A stretch of 64,000 bases of DNA from Eubacteriales bacterium (GTDB lineage: Bacteria > Bacillota > Clostridia > Oscillospirales > CAG-272), in contig JAZLCX010000143.1 in NCBI GenBank assembly GCA_045614425.1, forward strand, positions 24,509-88,508, read 5' to 3'. Within the stretch, counting starts at the first letter, position 1. The number at the start of each line of letters is the position of its first letter. A program made the translations under genes and the position numbers. The notes below the pieces were generated by a model. The model saw nothing but the letters and a program-made list of their open reading frames with translations. It was not told where the DNA came from and ran no database searches. Positions 56,795 through 64,000 of this stretch are shown in pieces.

Positions 56795-58006
56795 TTAGTG
56801 TGTTAAATCCTCAAAATAGCCGTGATATTTTATATCGACACTGCTATTCGGGAAAAGATACTTATAAAGCTCGGTACAGTAATCATCGGTCATTGATGCC
56901 ATATAGTCAACGACTATCTGATTCGGCTCGGTTTCAATATACGGTGTTTTCGCAGCGTAGTGGTTTCCCGAAACAAAATCAACGTGATGCTTAAATACAG
57001 GCGAGGATTTGTCGCCCGCCTTTAAATCCGAGAGTAGCTTTTCGTAGAGATTTTGCATCATCGGCTTTACCGTTTCGTCGAGAACCTTGGAAATTCTCTC
57101 GGTCCTGTAAATCTGCTCGTAATTTACCTTTTTAGCCTCCTTCATTCCCATATAATGCTCTGCATCCATCATTATATACGGCTTTCCGTAGCTGTGCTCT
57201 ATTATATTAACCTCAAGGTTGTTTATAATTTCAGCATTAATAGTTCCTATTCCTGCGTCTCCGAGCGAGGTATCGGAATCGATGAATTTAGCTCTTTTCG
57301 CATCCTGCCTGTCTTTACCGAGATAAGCTATAATATCACAAACTCGCACCACGCATCCTTCAAGAGTCGACGGCACAATCTTGATAATATTTTTCTCGTC
57401 AACATAACAGCTTTCGACCATTTTATCAAACGCATCAAAATCCGGCATCGTTGAGGGGCGGTATTCGTGCATCTCAAACTCACCGTTGTGTGTGATAATT
57501 CCGTCAAGCGTATCAAGTGTTATGTTTAACGGGAATATTCCGTCAAGCACACGCACGCTATGAACATTGTGGTTGAAATATCTTCCCGTTTCGGCGTGGA
57601 ACACCTCGCTTATATAGCGCTCGCCCGCATGTCCGAACGGGGTATGACCGATGTCATGGCCAAGGGCAATTGCTTCGATAAGATCAAGGTTCAAATTAAG
57701 CACCGAGCCGATTGAGCGGGCAATTCTCGATACGAGCTGAACGTGGAGCGCACGCCTTGTAATATCGTCATTCTTATAAAAGGAAAAGACCTGTGTTTTA
57801 TCTGTATATCTGTTATAATAGGGACTGTGCATAATTTTGTCAACGTCGCGGGCGTATGCCGGACGCCATACCGATTCCCTGTCATATGCGGGGTTGCGCC
57901 TTATGGCGTTTGCACTTTTAGCCGCAAAATTCGGTCTGGTTCCCTTTTCAATATCCTCTCGTATGCGTTCGAGAATTTCCGGAGACAGCTTTTCGTAGTT
58001 AGGCAT
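56795..58006 (-). CDS. dGTPase-family HD-domain triphosphohydrolase-like protein
   Basis: 403 aa with LGHDIGHTPFGHAGE. Confidence 0.85.
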   Translation of the reverse strand: MPNYEKLSPEILERIREDIEKGTRPNFAAKSANAIRRNPAYDRESVWRPAYARDVDKIMHSPYYNRYTDKTQVFSFYKNDDITRRALHVQLVSRIARSIGSVLNLNLDLIEAIALGHDIGHTPFGHAGERYISEVFHAETGRYFNHNVHSVRVLDGIFPLNITLDTLDGIITHNGEFEMHEYRPSTMPDFDAFDKMVESCYVDEKNIIKIVPSTLEGCVVRVCDIIAYLGKDRQDAKRAKFIDSDTSLGDAGIGTINAEIINNLEVNIIEHSYGKPYIMMDAEHYMGMKEAKKVNYEQIYRTERISKVLDETVKPMMQNLYEKLLSDLKAGDKSSPVFKHHVDFVSGNHYAAKTPYIETEPNQIVVDYMASMTDDYCTELYKYLFPNSSVDIKYHGYFEDLTH

Positions 58007-58079
58007 TCATTTCTCCTAAATAAACATTATATTATATATAAAGTATATCATATACCGCCGAGTATTGTCAATATGACAA

Positions 58080-58110
58080 ACAAAAAGACCTGCCGGGTTA
58101 TGCAGGTCCT
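58080..58110 (-). terminator. Intrinsic terminator after rpsT
   Basis: On the minus strand: GACCTGC-ATAACCCG-GCAGGTC followed by TTTTT. Confidence 0.7.
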
Positions 58111-58116
58111 TGTTAA

Positions 58117-58380
58117 TTATGCCATTTTATTAAACTTGAGAGTGAACTCAGACTTCTTGTGAGCTGCGTTGTTCTTGTGAAGAATGCCGTGAGCAACTGC
58201 CTGGTCAACCTTCTTAACAGCAAGTCTGTAAAGCTCGGAAGCAGCAGCCTTGTCACCTGCATCAACAGCAGCATTGAACTTCTTAATAGTGGTCTTGAGC
58301 TGGCTCTTAACCATCTGATTCTGAAGTGCCTTTGCCTGGTTAACAAGAATACGCTTTTTAGCCGACTTAATATTAGCCAT
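58117..58380 (-). CDS. rpsT: 30S ribosomal protein S20
   Basis: 87 aa, MANIKSAKKRILVNQAKALQN. Confidence 0.96.
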   Translation of the reverse strand: MANIKSAKKRILVNQAKALQNQMVKSQLKTTIKKFNAAVDAGDKAAASELYRLAVKKVDQAVAHGILHKNNAAHKKSEFTLKFNKMA

Positions 58381-58580
58381 TTTTTTCTCCTTTTAATTAT
58401 GAGCGGAATTTACGCGAGGACAAGCTCGGCTGAGAGGGTCCGAAGAATATCTTCTTGCAATCTACCCGCCATTTCTTTTATACACCAAGAGATTTTAACA
58501 TAGTTTTACAAAAAAATCAAGTCTTTTTTGAAATTTTGTTGGTATTTTTAAAATATTTTTATAAAATGCGCTAACACCCC

Positions 58581-58609
58581 TTGACAAAACAGAAAAAGTT
58601 TGTTATACT
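58581..58609 (+). promoter_or_regulatory. Sigma-A promoter of ylxM-ffh-rpsP
   Basis: TTGACA (58581-58586), 17 nt, TATACT (58604-58609). Confidence 0.55.
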
Positions 58610-58659
58610 TGTAAAGTAATTTGCTTTACACCACGACTTTAAAATTGAGTGAGGCAGTT

Positions 58660-59004
58660 ATGTTCCAAAAAAATATGAGAATTTCATATCTGCTTGATTT
58701 CTACGGTGACGCTCTTGATGAGCGCACAAGCTCTATTATGCAGGCGTACTACAACGACGACCTCTCGCTTTCGGAAATCGCGGATGGGGAGAATATTTCG
58801 CGTCAAGGGGTACGGCACATAATAAAAAAAGGCGAAGAGCAGCTTGAATTTTTTGAACTTAAGCTCGGCCTTGCCGCCCATTACGACGAGCTGAAGCTTA
58901 TAGCTAATAGGCTCGAAACACTCAGGGAAAACGTAAAAATGCCAAAGGAAAGCGAGGAATTGATTTCCGAGGCAATCTCAACAATACTTAATAAAGGAAT
59001 TTGA
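58660..59004 (+). CDS. ylxM: YlxM-type putative DNA-binding protein (UPF0122)
   Basis: ATG 58660 follows GAGTGAGG. ISYLLDFYGDAL...YYNDDLSLSEIA. It lies immediately upstream of ffh, as in Firmicutes. Confidence 0.85.
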   Translation: MFQKNMRISYLLDFYGDALDERTSSIMQAYYNDDLSLSEIADGENISRQGVRHIIKKGEEQLEFFELKLGLAAHYDELKLIANRLETLRENVKMPKESEELISEAISTILNKGI

Positions 59005-59005
59005 T

Positions 59006-60337
59006 ATGTTCCAAGGACTTACAGAAAAGCTTTCAAACGCTTTCAAAAGGTTTAGAGGCAGAGGTAAGCTTACCGAGGCAGACGTACGTGAGGGTATGCG
59101 CGAGGTAAAGCTCGCACTTCTCGAGGCCGACGTAAATTTTAAGGTTGTCAAGGAATTTACTAAGGCTGTAACCGAAAGAGCTGTCGGTCAAGAGGTGCTT
59201 GAAAGTCTTCTTCCCGACCAGCAAATAATCAAGATAGTAAACGAAGAGCTTATAAAGCTTATGGGCTCCGAGTCATCAAAAATTGAAATCAATCCCAAGC
59301 CTCCTACAGTCATTATGATGGTGGGTCTTCAGGGCGCGGGTAAAACCACACATGCCGCAAAAATTGCAAACACCTTCAAGCAAAAGGGCAAAAATCCTTT
59401 GCTCGTAGCCTGCGACGTATATCGACCTGCGGCAATCGACCAGTTGAAAATTGTCGGTGAAGCGGTTAAAATCCCCGTATTCTCAATGGGCGCAAAGCTC
59501 TCCCCCGTCGAAATTGCAAAGGCGGGCGTCGAGTTTGCCAAAAAGAACGGACACGATATGGTCTTTATCGATACGGCGGGACGACTTCACATCGATGAAG
59601 AGCTTATGGGTGAGCTTGTAAAAATCAAAGAATCAACGTCACCCACAGAAATTCTTCTCGTCGTTGATGCAATGACAGGTCAGGATGCCGTAAACGTTGC
59701 AAAATCCTTTAACGACCTGCTTGATATCACCGGTGTCGTTCTCTCGAAAATGGACGGTGACACTCGCGGCGGTGCTGCCCTTTCAGTACGCTACGTAACA
59801 GGAAAGCCTATCAAATTTATAGGCACAGGTGAAAAGCTTGATGCAATAGAGCTCTTCCACCCCGACAGAATGGCATCGCGTATTCTTGATATGGGAGATA
59901 TTCTTTCACTCATTGAAAAGGCGGAGGCGGCATTCGACGAGAAAAGCGCCAAGGAGATGGAGAAGAAGTTCAGAGAGCAGACCTTCACTCTTGAGGATTT
60001 CCTCGCTCAGCTTTACCAAATCAAGAAGATGGGCAATATAAGTCAGCTTATCGGCATGCTTCCCGGTGTAAAAACCGGCGCACTCAAGGATGCTGAAATA
60101 GATGAGAATTATATGAAACAAATCGAAGCTATCATCCTTTCTATGACGAAGGAAGAGAGAACTCGTCCCGAACTTATAAACGGCTCACGAAGAAAGCGAA
60201 TCGCCAAGGGCTCGGGAACAACAGTAGAAGACGTCAATAAGTTGCTTCGTCAGTTCGAGCAAATGAAAAAGACTATGAAGCAATTTACAAATATGGGCAA
60301 GCGCCGTTCCTTTGGCGGCATAAAGCTTCCCTTTTAA
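59006..60337 (+). CDS. ffh: Signal recognition particle protein Ffh
   Basis: 443 aa with GLQGAGKTT, DTAGR and a Met-rich M domain. Confidence 0.97.
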   Translation: MFQGLTEKLSNAFKRFRGRGKLTEADVREGMREVKLALLEADVNFKVVKEFTKAVTERAVGQEVLESLLPDQQIIKIVNEELIKLMGSESSKIEINPKPPTVIMMVGLQGAGKTTHAAKIANTFKQKGKNPLLVACDVYRPAAIDQLKIVGEAVKIPVFSMGAKLSPVEIAKAGVEFAKKNGHDMVFIDTAGRLHIDEELMGELVKIKESTSPTEILLVVDAMTGQDAVNVAKSFNDLLDITGVVLSKMDGDTRGGAALSVRYVTGKPIKFIGTGEKLDAIELFHPDRMASRILDMGDILSLIEKAEAAFDEKSAKEMEKKFREQTFTLEDFLAQLYQIKKMGNISQLIGMLPGVKTGALKDAEIDENYMKQIEAIILSMTKEERTRPELINGSRRKRIAKGSGTTVEDVNKLLRQFEQMKKTMKQFTNMGKRRSFGGIKLPF

Positions 60338-60393
60338 TCGGTTATAATTAAAAAATTATAAAAATATTTTCAAACATTTTGGAGGACAAAAAA

Positions 60394-60639
60394 ATGGCAG
60401 TAAAAATCAGACTTAAGAGAATGGGCGCAAAGAAGACCCCCTTCTACCGTGTAGTTGTAGCAGACGAGAGATCGCCCCGCGACGGAAAGTTCATCGAGGA
60501 AATCGGTTACTACAATCCCCTTACCGACCCCGCTGATATCAAAATCAATGCTGAGAAGGCTACCAAGTGGCTTGACAACGGCGCTCAGCCCACTGAAACC
60601 GTAAGAACTCTTCTCAAGAAGGCTGAAATCATTAAGTAA
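60394..60639 (+). CDS. rpsP: 30S ribosomal protein S16
   Basis: [27 protein letters not shown] 60394 follows GGAGG. Confidence 0.96.
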   Translation: MAVKIRLKRMGAKKTPFYRVVVADERSPRDGKFIEEIGYYNPLTDPADIKINAEKATKWLDNGAQPTETVRTLLKKAEIIK

Positions 60640-60690
60640 TTAAAAAATCGGAAGGAAGCTTTCACATAACGTGAAAGATGGTAGCGCAAA

Positions 60691-60924
60691 ATGGAACTGA
60701 AGCAAATACTTACAGACATAGCGCGTGCAATCGTTGATACTCCCGATGCCGTTTCCGTAGAGGAAAACGTTGACGGCGATAATGTCGAGCTTATTCTTAC
60801 CGTTTCGGAAGATGACACGGGTATGGTCATTGGCCGTCACGGCAAGATTGCAAAGGCTATCAGACAGATAATGAAAGCCGCGGCTAATACGTGTGGAAAG
60901 CACGTAACTGTTGAAATCAGATAA
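60691..60924 (+). CDS. KH-domain RNA-binding protein (YlqC-like)
   Basis: 77 aa with GxxG loop VIGRHGK, in the conserved position after rpsP. Confidence 0.85.
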   Translation: MELKQILTDIARAIVDTPDAVSVEENVDGDNVELILTVSEDDTGMVIGRHGKIAKAIRQIMKAAANTCGKHVTVEIR

Positions 60925-60929
60925 TCCTT

Positions 60930-60963
60930 ATATCCTCGGTCTTTTTGCCCGAGGATATTTTTA
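60930..60963 (+). terminator. Intrinsic terminator after the KH-domain gene
   Basis: ATATCCTCGG / CCGAGGATAT stem followed by TTTT. Confidence 0.65.
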
Positions 60964-61001
60964 AAAATCAGCGCAATGCGTATTGTAGGAGACCCGACGC
61001 T

Positions 61002-62492
61002 ATGAAAAAATACATAATGGCTCTTGACCAAGGAACGACCAGCTCCCGCTGTATTCTTTTTGATCGCGAAGGCAAAATAGCAAGCATGGTTCAGCGAGAA
61101 TTTCCTCAGATATTCCCCTCTGACGGTTGGGTCGAGCACGACCCGATGGCTATACTCTCGACAGAAGTAAGTGCCGCGACCGAGGCACTTATTAAAATCG
61201 GTGCAAGCTGGGATGATATTTTGGGAATAGGAATAACTAACCAACGCGAAACAACAGTGCTTTGGAACAGAAAAACCGGTATGCCTATTTACAATGCTAT
61301 TGTATGGCAATGCAGAAGAACTGCAGATTATTGCCGTGAGCTTAAAGAAAAAGGATACGAGAGCTTTGTAAAAGAAAAGACAGGTCTTCTTTTAGACCCC
61401 TACTTCTCTGCAACTAAAATCAAATGGATACTCGACAACGTTGACGGCGCACGTGAGCTTGCCGAAAGAGGCGACATTTGTTTTGGAACTGTTGACAGCT
61501 GGCTTATATGGAACCTCACAGGCGGCAAAGTACATGCAACCGACTACTCGAACGCATCGAGAACTATGCTCTTCAATATCAAAGAGCTATGTTGGGACAA
61601 GGAGCTTCTTCAGCTCTTTGATATACCGAGCTCCATTCTTCCCGAGGTGTTACCTTCCTCATCTCTTTTCGGTTACACAGATGCAAAAATGCTCGGTGCC
61701 AAGGTACCTATTGCAGGTGTCGCGGGAGATCAGCAGGCTGCCCTTTTCGGTCAGTGCTGTTTTGACGGGGGCGACCTCAAAAACACATACGGAACCGGCG
61801 CGTTTTTGCTTATGAACACGGGAACGACGCCCTGTATTACAAAGGACGGGCTTCTGACTACTGTTGCCTGGGGTATTGGAAATCAAGTGTACTACGCGCT
61901 AGAGGGCTCGGTATTTGCATGCGGCGCCGCGATACAGTGGTTACGCGACGGTCTTCAGATAATCGACAGCGCAAAGGAGAGTGAGAGCGCTGCCGCTTCG
62001 GTCAGCGATTCGGGCGGAGTTTTTGTAGTTCCCGCCTTTCAGGGACTCGGTGCACCCTGGTGGGATCCGTACGCGAGAGGCATGATAATCGGCATAACTC
62101 GGGCAACCACAAAAAACCATGTTATAAGAGCAACACTTGAATCTATGGCATACCAGACATCCGACGTAATTGAGCTTATGGAAAGAGCCGCAGATATAAA
62201 GGTCAAGCTTCTGAAGGTTGACGGCGGAGCAAGTGCAAACAATCTTCTGCTTGATTTTCAGTCCGATATTCTTGGAATTCCTATCGAACGACCCGCGTGT
62301 GTTGAAACAACGGCTCTCGGAGCTGCCTACCTAGCGGGGCTTGCCCTCGGTGTTTACGAGAGCACCGATGAAATCCGAAAAAACCGCAGTGCCGACAAAT
62401 ACGTTACTCCGAAAGCAGACGACGCTTGGCGAAACGAGCACATTTCTCTATGGAAAAAAGCGGTAAACCGCTCGCTTTCATGGAAGGAATAA
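61002..62492 (+). CDS. glpK: Glycerol kinase
   Basis: [19 protein letters not shown] 61002; the track start at 60945 lies in the upstream terminator. Confidence 0.96.
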   Translation: MKKYIMALDQGTTSSRCILFDREGKIASMVQREFPQIFPSDGWVEHDPMAILSTEVSAATEALIKIGASWDDILGIGITNQRETTVLWNRKTGMPIYNAIVWQCRRTADYCRELKEKGYESFVKEKTGLLLDPYFSATKIKWILDNVDGARELAERGDICFGTVDSWLIWNLTGGKVHATDYSNASRTMLFNIKELCWDKELLQLFDIPSSILPEVLPSSSLFGYTDAKMLGAKVPIAGVAGDQQAALFGQCCFDGGDLKNTYGTGAFLLMNTGTTPCITKDGLLTTVAWGIGNQVYYALEGSVFACGAAIQWLRDGLQIIDSAKESESAAASVSDSGGVFVVPAFQGLGAPWWDPYARGMIIGITRATTKNHVIRATLESMAYQTSDVIELMERAADIKVKLLKVDGGASANNLLLDFQSDILGIPIERPACVETTALGAAYLAGLALGVYESTDEIRKNRSADKYVTPKADDAWRNEHISLWKKAVNRSLSWKE

Positions 62493-62497
62493 ATGTA

Positions 62498-62530
62498 AAA
62501 ACCCCGTATCAAATCGATATGGGGTTTTAT
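62498..62530 (+). terminator. Intrinsic terminator after glpK
   Basis: ACCCCGTATC-AAATC-GATATGGGGT followed by TTTT. Confidence 0.65.
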
Positions 62531-62552
62531 AATATAAAATATTTTTTTACTA

Positions 62553-62581
62553 TTGACAAACGTATTTAAAAGTGATAAAAT
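62553..62581 (+). promoter_or_regulatory. Sigma-A promoter of tRNA-Thr
   Basis: TTGACA (62553-62558), 17 nt, TAAAAT (62576-62581), about 10 nt upstream of the tRNA 5' end. Confidence 0.5.
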
Positions 62582-62590
62582 ATTAACGTT

Positions 62591-62666
62591 GCTGGTGTGG
62601 CTCAGTTGGTAGAGCAGTTGATTCGTAATCAACAGGTCACCGGTTCAAGTCCGGTCACCAGCTCCA
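62591..62666 (+). tRNA. tRNA-Thr (anticodon CGT)
   Basis: Manual cloverleaf: acceptor GCTGGTG/CACCAGC, D arm GCTC..GAGC, anticodon stem GTTGA/TCAAC with loop TTCGTAA, T arm ACCGG-TTCAAGT-CCGGT, and an encoded CCA. Total 76 nt. Confidence 0.93.
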
Positions 62667-62668
62667 AT

Positions 62669-62700
62669 AAAAAAAGAGAACCCGTGGGTTCTCTTTTTTT
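62669..62700 (+). terminator. Intrinsic terminator after tRNA-Thr
   Basis: AGAGAACC / GGTTCTCT stem followed by TTTTTTT. Confidence 0.8.
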
Positions 62701-62737
62701 GAATATTTTATTGAGTTCATCGGGGAGGAAAAACGTT

Positions 62738-63616
62738 ATGGATTTATGCAATATTTCGGTCATAAAGTCACTTATGAATGAAGCCGGAATAGTCTTTCGC
62801 AAGGACTACGGTCAGAACTTTTTGATCAACCGTCTTATACCCGAGGATATTGCTGATAACTGCACCGATGAAAGCGAAAGTCTTATCATTGAGGTCGGAC
62901 CCGGAATCGGTTGTCTTACAAGAGAGCTCGCCGCACGGTATAAAAAGGTTGTAGCGGTTGAAATTGATAAAGGTCTTATTCCTGTGCTTGATAAAACGCT
63001 TTCGGAATTTGACAACGTCACAGTAATCAATGATGACATAATGAAAATCGATATAAAAGAGCTTGCCGAAAAATACTCGGACGGTATGCCTATCTCGGTC
63101 TGCGCAAATCTTCCCTACTATATCACTACCCCGATACTCATGCGTCTTATTGAAAGCGGTGTTAATTTTTCCTCGATTACGGTCATGGTTCAAAACGAGG
63201 TTGCCTCAAGGCTGGTCGCAAAGCCCGGAACGAGCGACTACGGTGCGATAACCGCAGTCATTGGATTCTACGGTGTAGCAAGAAAGCTCTTTAAGGTTTC
63301 ACAAGGATGTTTTATCCCCGCACCAAAGGTAGAAAGCGCGGTAGTCAGAATAGACCTGTACGATAAGCCAAAGTATATTCCGGAAAACGAAAAGCTATTC
63401 CGAGACCTTATAAAAGCTGCTTTTGAGATGCGCCGCAAAACTCTTATAAACGCAGTAAGCGCGAAGCTTCCAAGCGTTGACAAAGAGGCTCTGAAGAGGG
63501 CCCTTATTACACTCGGAAAGGATGAAGCAATACGCGGAGAGCGACTTTCCACCGAGGATTTTGTAAATCTCTCTAACCTCATTTTGAAAAATTCAAACGA
63601 ATCATCTGACCTTTAA
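62738..63616 (+). CDS. rsmA: 16S rRNA (adenine1518/1519-N6)-dimethyltransferase
   Basis: ATG 62738 follows GGGGAGG. GQNFLI, EVGPGIGCLT and NLPYYI. The track start at 62597 runs through the tRNA. Confidence 0.95.
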   Translation: MDLCNISVIKSLMNEAGIVFRKDYGQNFLINRLIPEDIADNCTDESESLIIEVGPGIGCLTRELAARYKKVVAVEIDKGLIPVLDKTLSEFDNVTVINDDIMKIDIKELAEKYSDGMPISVCANLPYYITTPILMRLIESGVNFSSITVMVQNEVASRLVAKPGTSDYGAITAVIGFYGVARKLFKVSQGCFIPAPKVESAVVRIDLYDKPKYIPENEKLFRDLIKAAFEMRRKTLINAVSAKLPSVDKEALKRALITLGKDEAIRGERLSTEDFVNLSNLILKNSNESSDL

Positions 63617-64000
63617 CTTATAAATGACGCGTCTTATCATCTCAAACGGCACTACGCTTGCCGCCAGAAGAATTACACGGATTAATTCCCCGACTCCTAA
63701 CGGCAGAGTTCTGAAGGCCTGACCTCCGTAATAAATCATAATAATCTGTATCACCGATATAAATATCATTATAAAAATAAACGGACGGTTTTTTCTGATA
63801 TTTGACAGTATCCACATCCGCTCGCACCTTGCACCGAAGCAATTAAATATTCCCGCGAATATGAAGAGTGCGTAAAATCCGGTCATGAAATATCCGTTTG
63901 TAACAGACGGGCGAAACATACCTCGAAAGAAATCAAGACTTAAAAACGCAATACACATACAAAGGGTATATGCCCCCGTGAAAAATATCTGATGCAGCAT
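63602..64000 (-). CDS. P-type cation-transporting ATPase, C-terminal membrane segment; partial, 5' end outside window
   Basis: The last TM helices resemble the Cation_ATPase_C region of Ca2+/Mg2+-type P-type ATPases (FNCFGARCE..., IYYGGQAFRTLPL). The Met at the window edge is coincidental. The 3' end overlaps rsmA by 15 nt. Confidence 0.75.
   Translation of the reverse strand: MLHQIFFTGAYTLCMCIAFLSLDFFRGMFRPSVTNGYFMTGFYALFIFAGIFNCFGARCERMWILSNIRKNRPFIFIMIFISVIQIIMIYYGGQAFRTLPLGVGELIRVILLAASVVPFEMIRRVIYKLKVR

Noticed and set aside
56795-58006. The dGTPase-family HD protein considered as an anti-phage dNTP-depletion defence gene.
   Set aside because: It stands among housekeeping genes with no other defence, mobile or island signatures. 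The family is also a common housekeeping enzyme in Firmicutes. Sequence alone cannot separate the two roles.
62591-62666. tRNA-Thr as an integration hotspot or genomic-island boundary.
   Set aside because: No integrase, phage or transposase gene was noticed in the flanks, and no repeat of the tRNA 3' end. The downstream genes are rsmA and a P-type ATPase.
62597-62737. N-terminal 47 codons of the rsmA ORF in the track.
   Set aside because: They run straight through the tRNA-Thr gene and its terminator. The real start is ATG 62738, with a GGGGAGG SD.
1-64000. Window-wide look for CRISPR arrays, IS elements, prophage genes, toxin-antitoxin pairs, retrons or DGR-like repeats.
   Set aside because: I recognised none by eye. 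No regularly spaced repeats, transposase, integrase or reverse-transcriptase motifs appear in any listed ORF. An exhaustive repeat search was not possible without tools.

Overview
This window looks like a core chromosomal segment of a low-GC Gram-positive anaerobe. Gene orders such as yybS-gdpP-rplI-dnaB, recJ-relA-dtd and ylxM-ffh-rpsP-KH, a PASTA-domain PBP and a SAM-I riboswitch point to Clostridia; finer placement would be guesswork. I make 62 protein-coding calls: 58 from the ORF track, one partial gene the track misses at the left edge, and three small ORFs below its size cut-off. I also call one tRNA-Thr(CGU), one SAM-I riboswitch, and sigma-A-type promoters and intrinsic terminators read directly from the sequence. 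Layout, left to right: hemZ'-dtd-relA-recJ-FAD oxidoreductase-49-aa peptide-cdaA (minus strand); a Crp/Fnr regulator plus a 3-gene ABC importer; a 5-gene biotin-dependent Na+-decarboxylase-type operon; ftsH-tilS-dnaB-rplI-gdpP-yybS (minus); ispE, DUF951, ruvAB; rpe, ispF, ispD; the dcw cluster mraZ-rsmH-x-pbp-murE-murF-mraY-ftsW-murG-ftsZ, with no murD, ftsQ or ftsA; an MreB-like gene with a 37-aa peptide, recD2, metK, PPi-PFK, a SOD-like gene, hslO and a methyltransferase (minus); rpsF-ssb-rpsR; a large LRR lipoprotein; a dGTPase-like gene and rpsT; ylxM-ffh-rpsP-KH; glpK; tRNA-Thr; rsmA; and the 3' end of a P-type ATPase. I saw no CRISPR array, transposase, integrase, prophage or recognisable defence gene, so most of this is ordinary housekeeping DNA. 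Four items deserve a second look. (1) The decarboxylase operon carries two different carboxyltransferases around one BCCP/gamma/beta set. (2) A motif-degenerate MreB-like protein is translationally coupled to a 37-aa membrane peptide, convergent on an ftsZ that lacks ftsA. (3) A ~195-nt structured leader with alternative pairings lies upstream of the methyltransferase-hslO operon. (4) In the cdaA operon, CdaR appears reduced to a 49-aa membrane peptide. All functional calls come from reading motifs in the translations and from remembered family knowledge. No database search or folding calculation was run.
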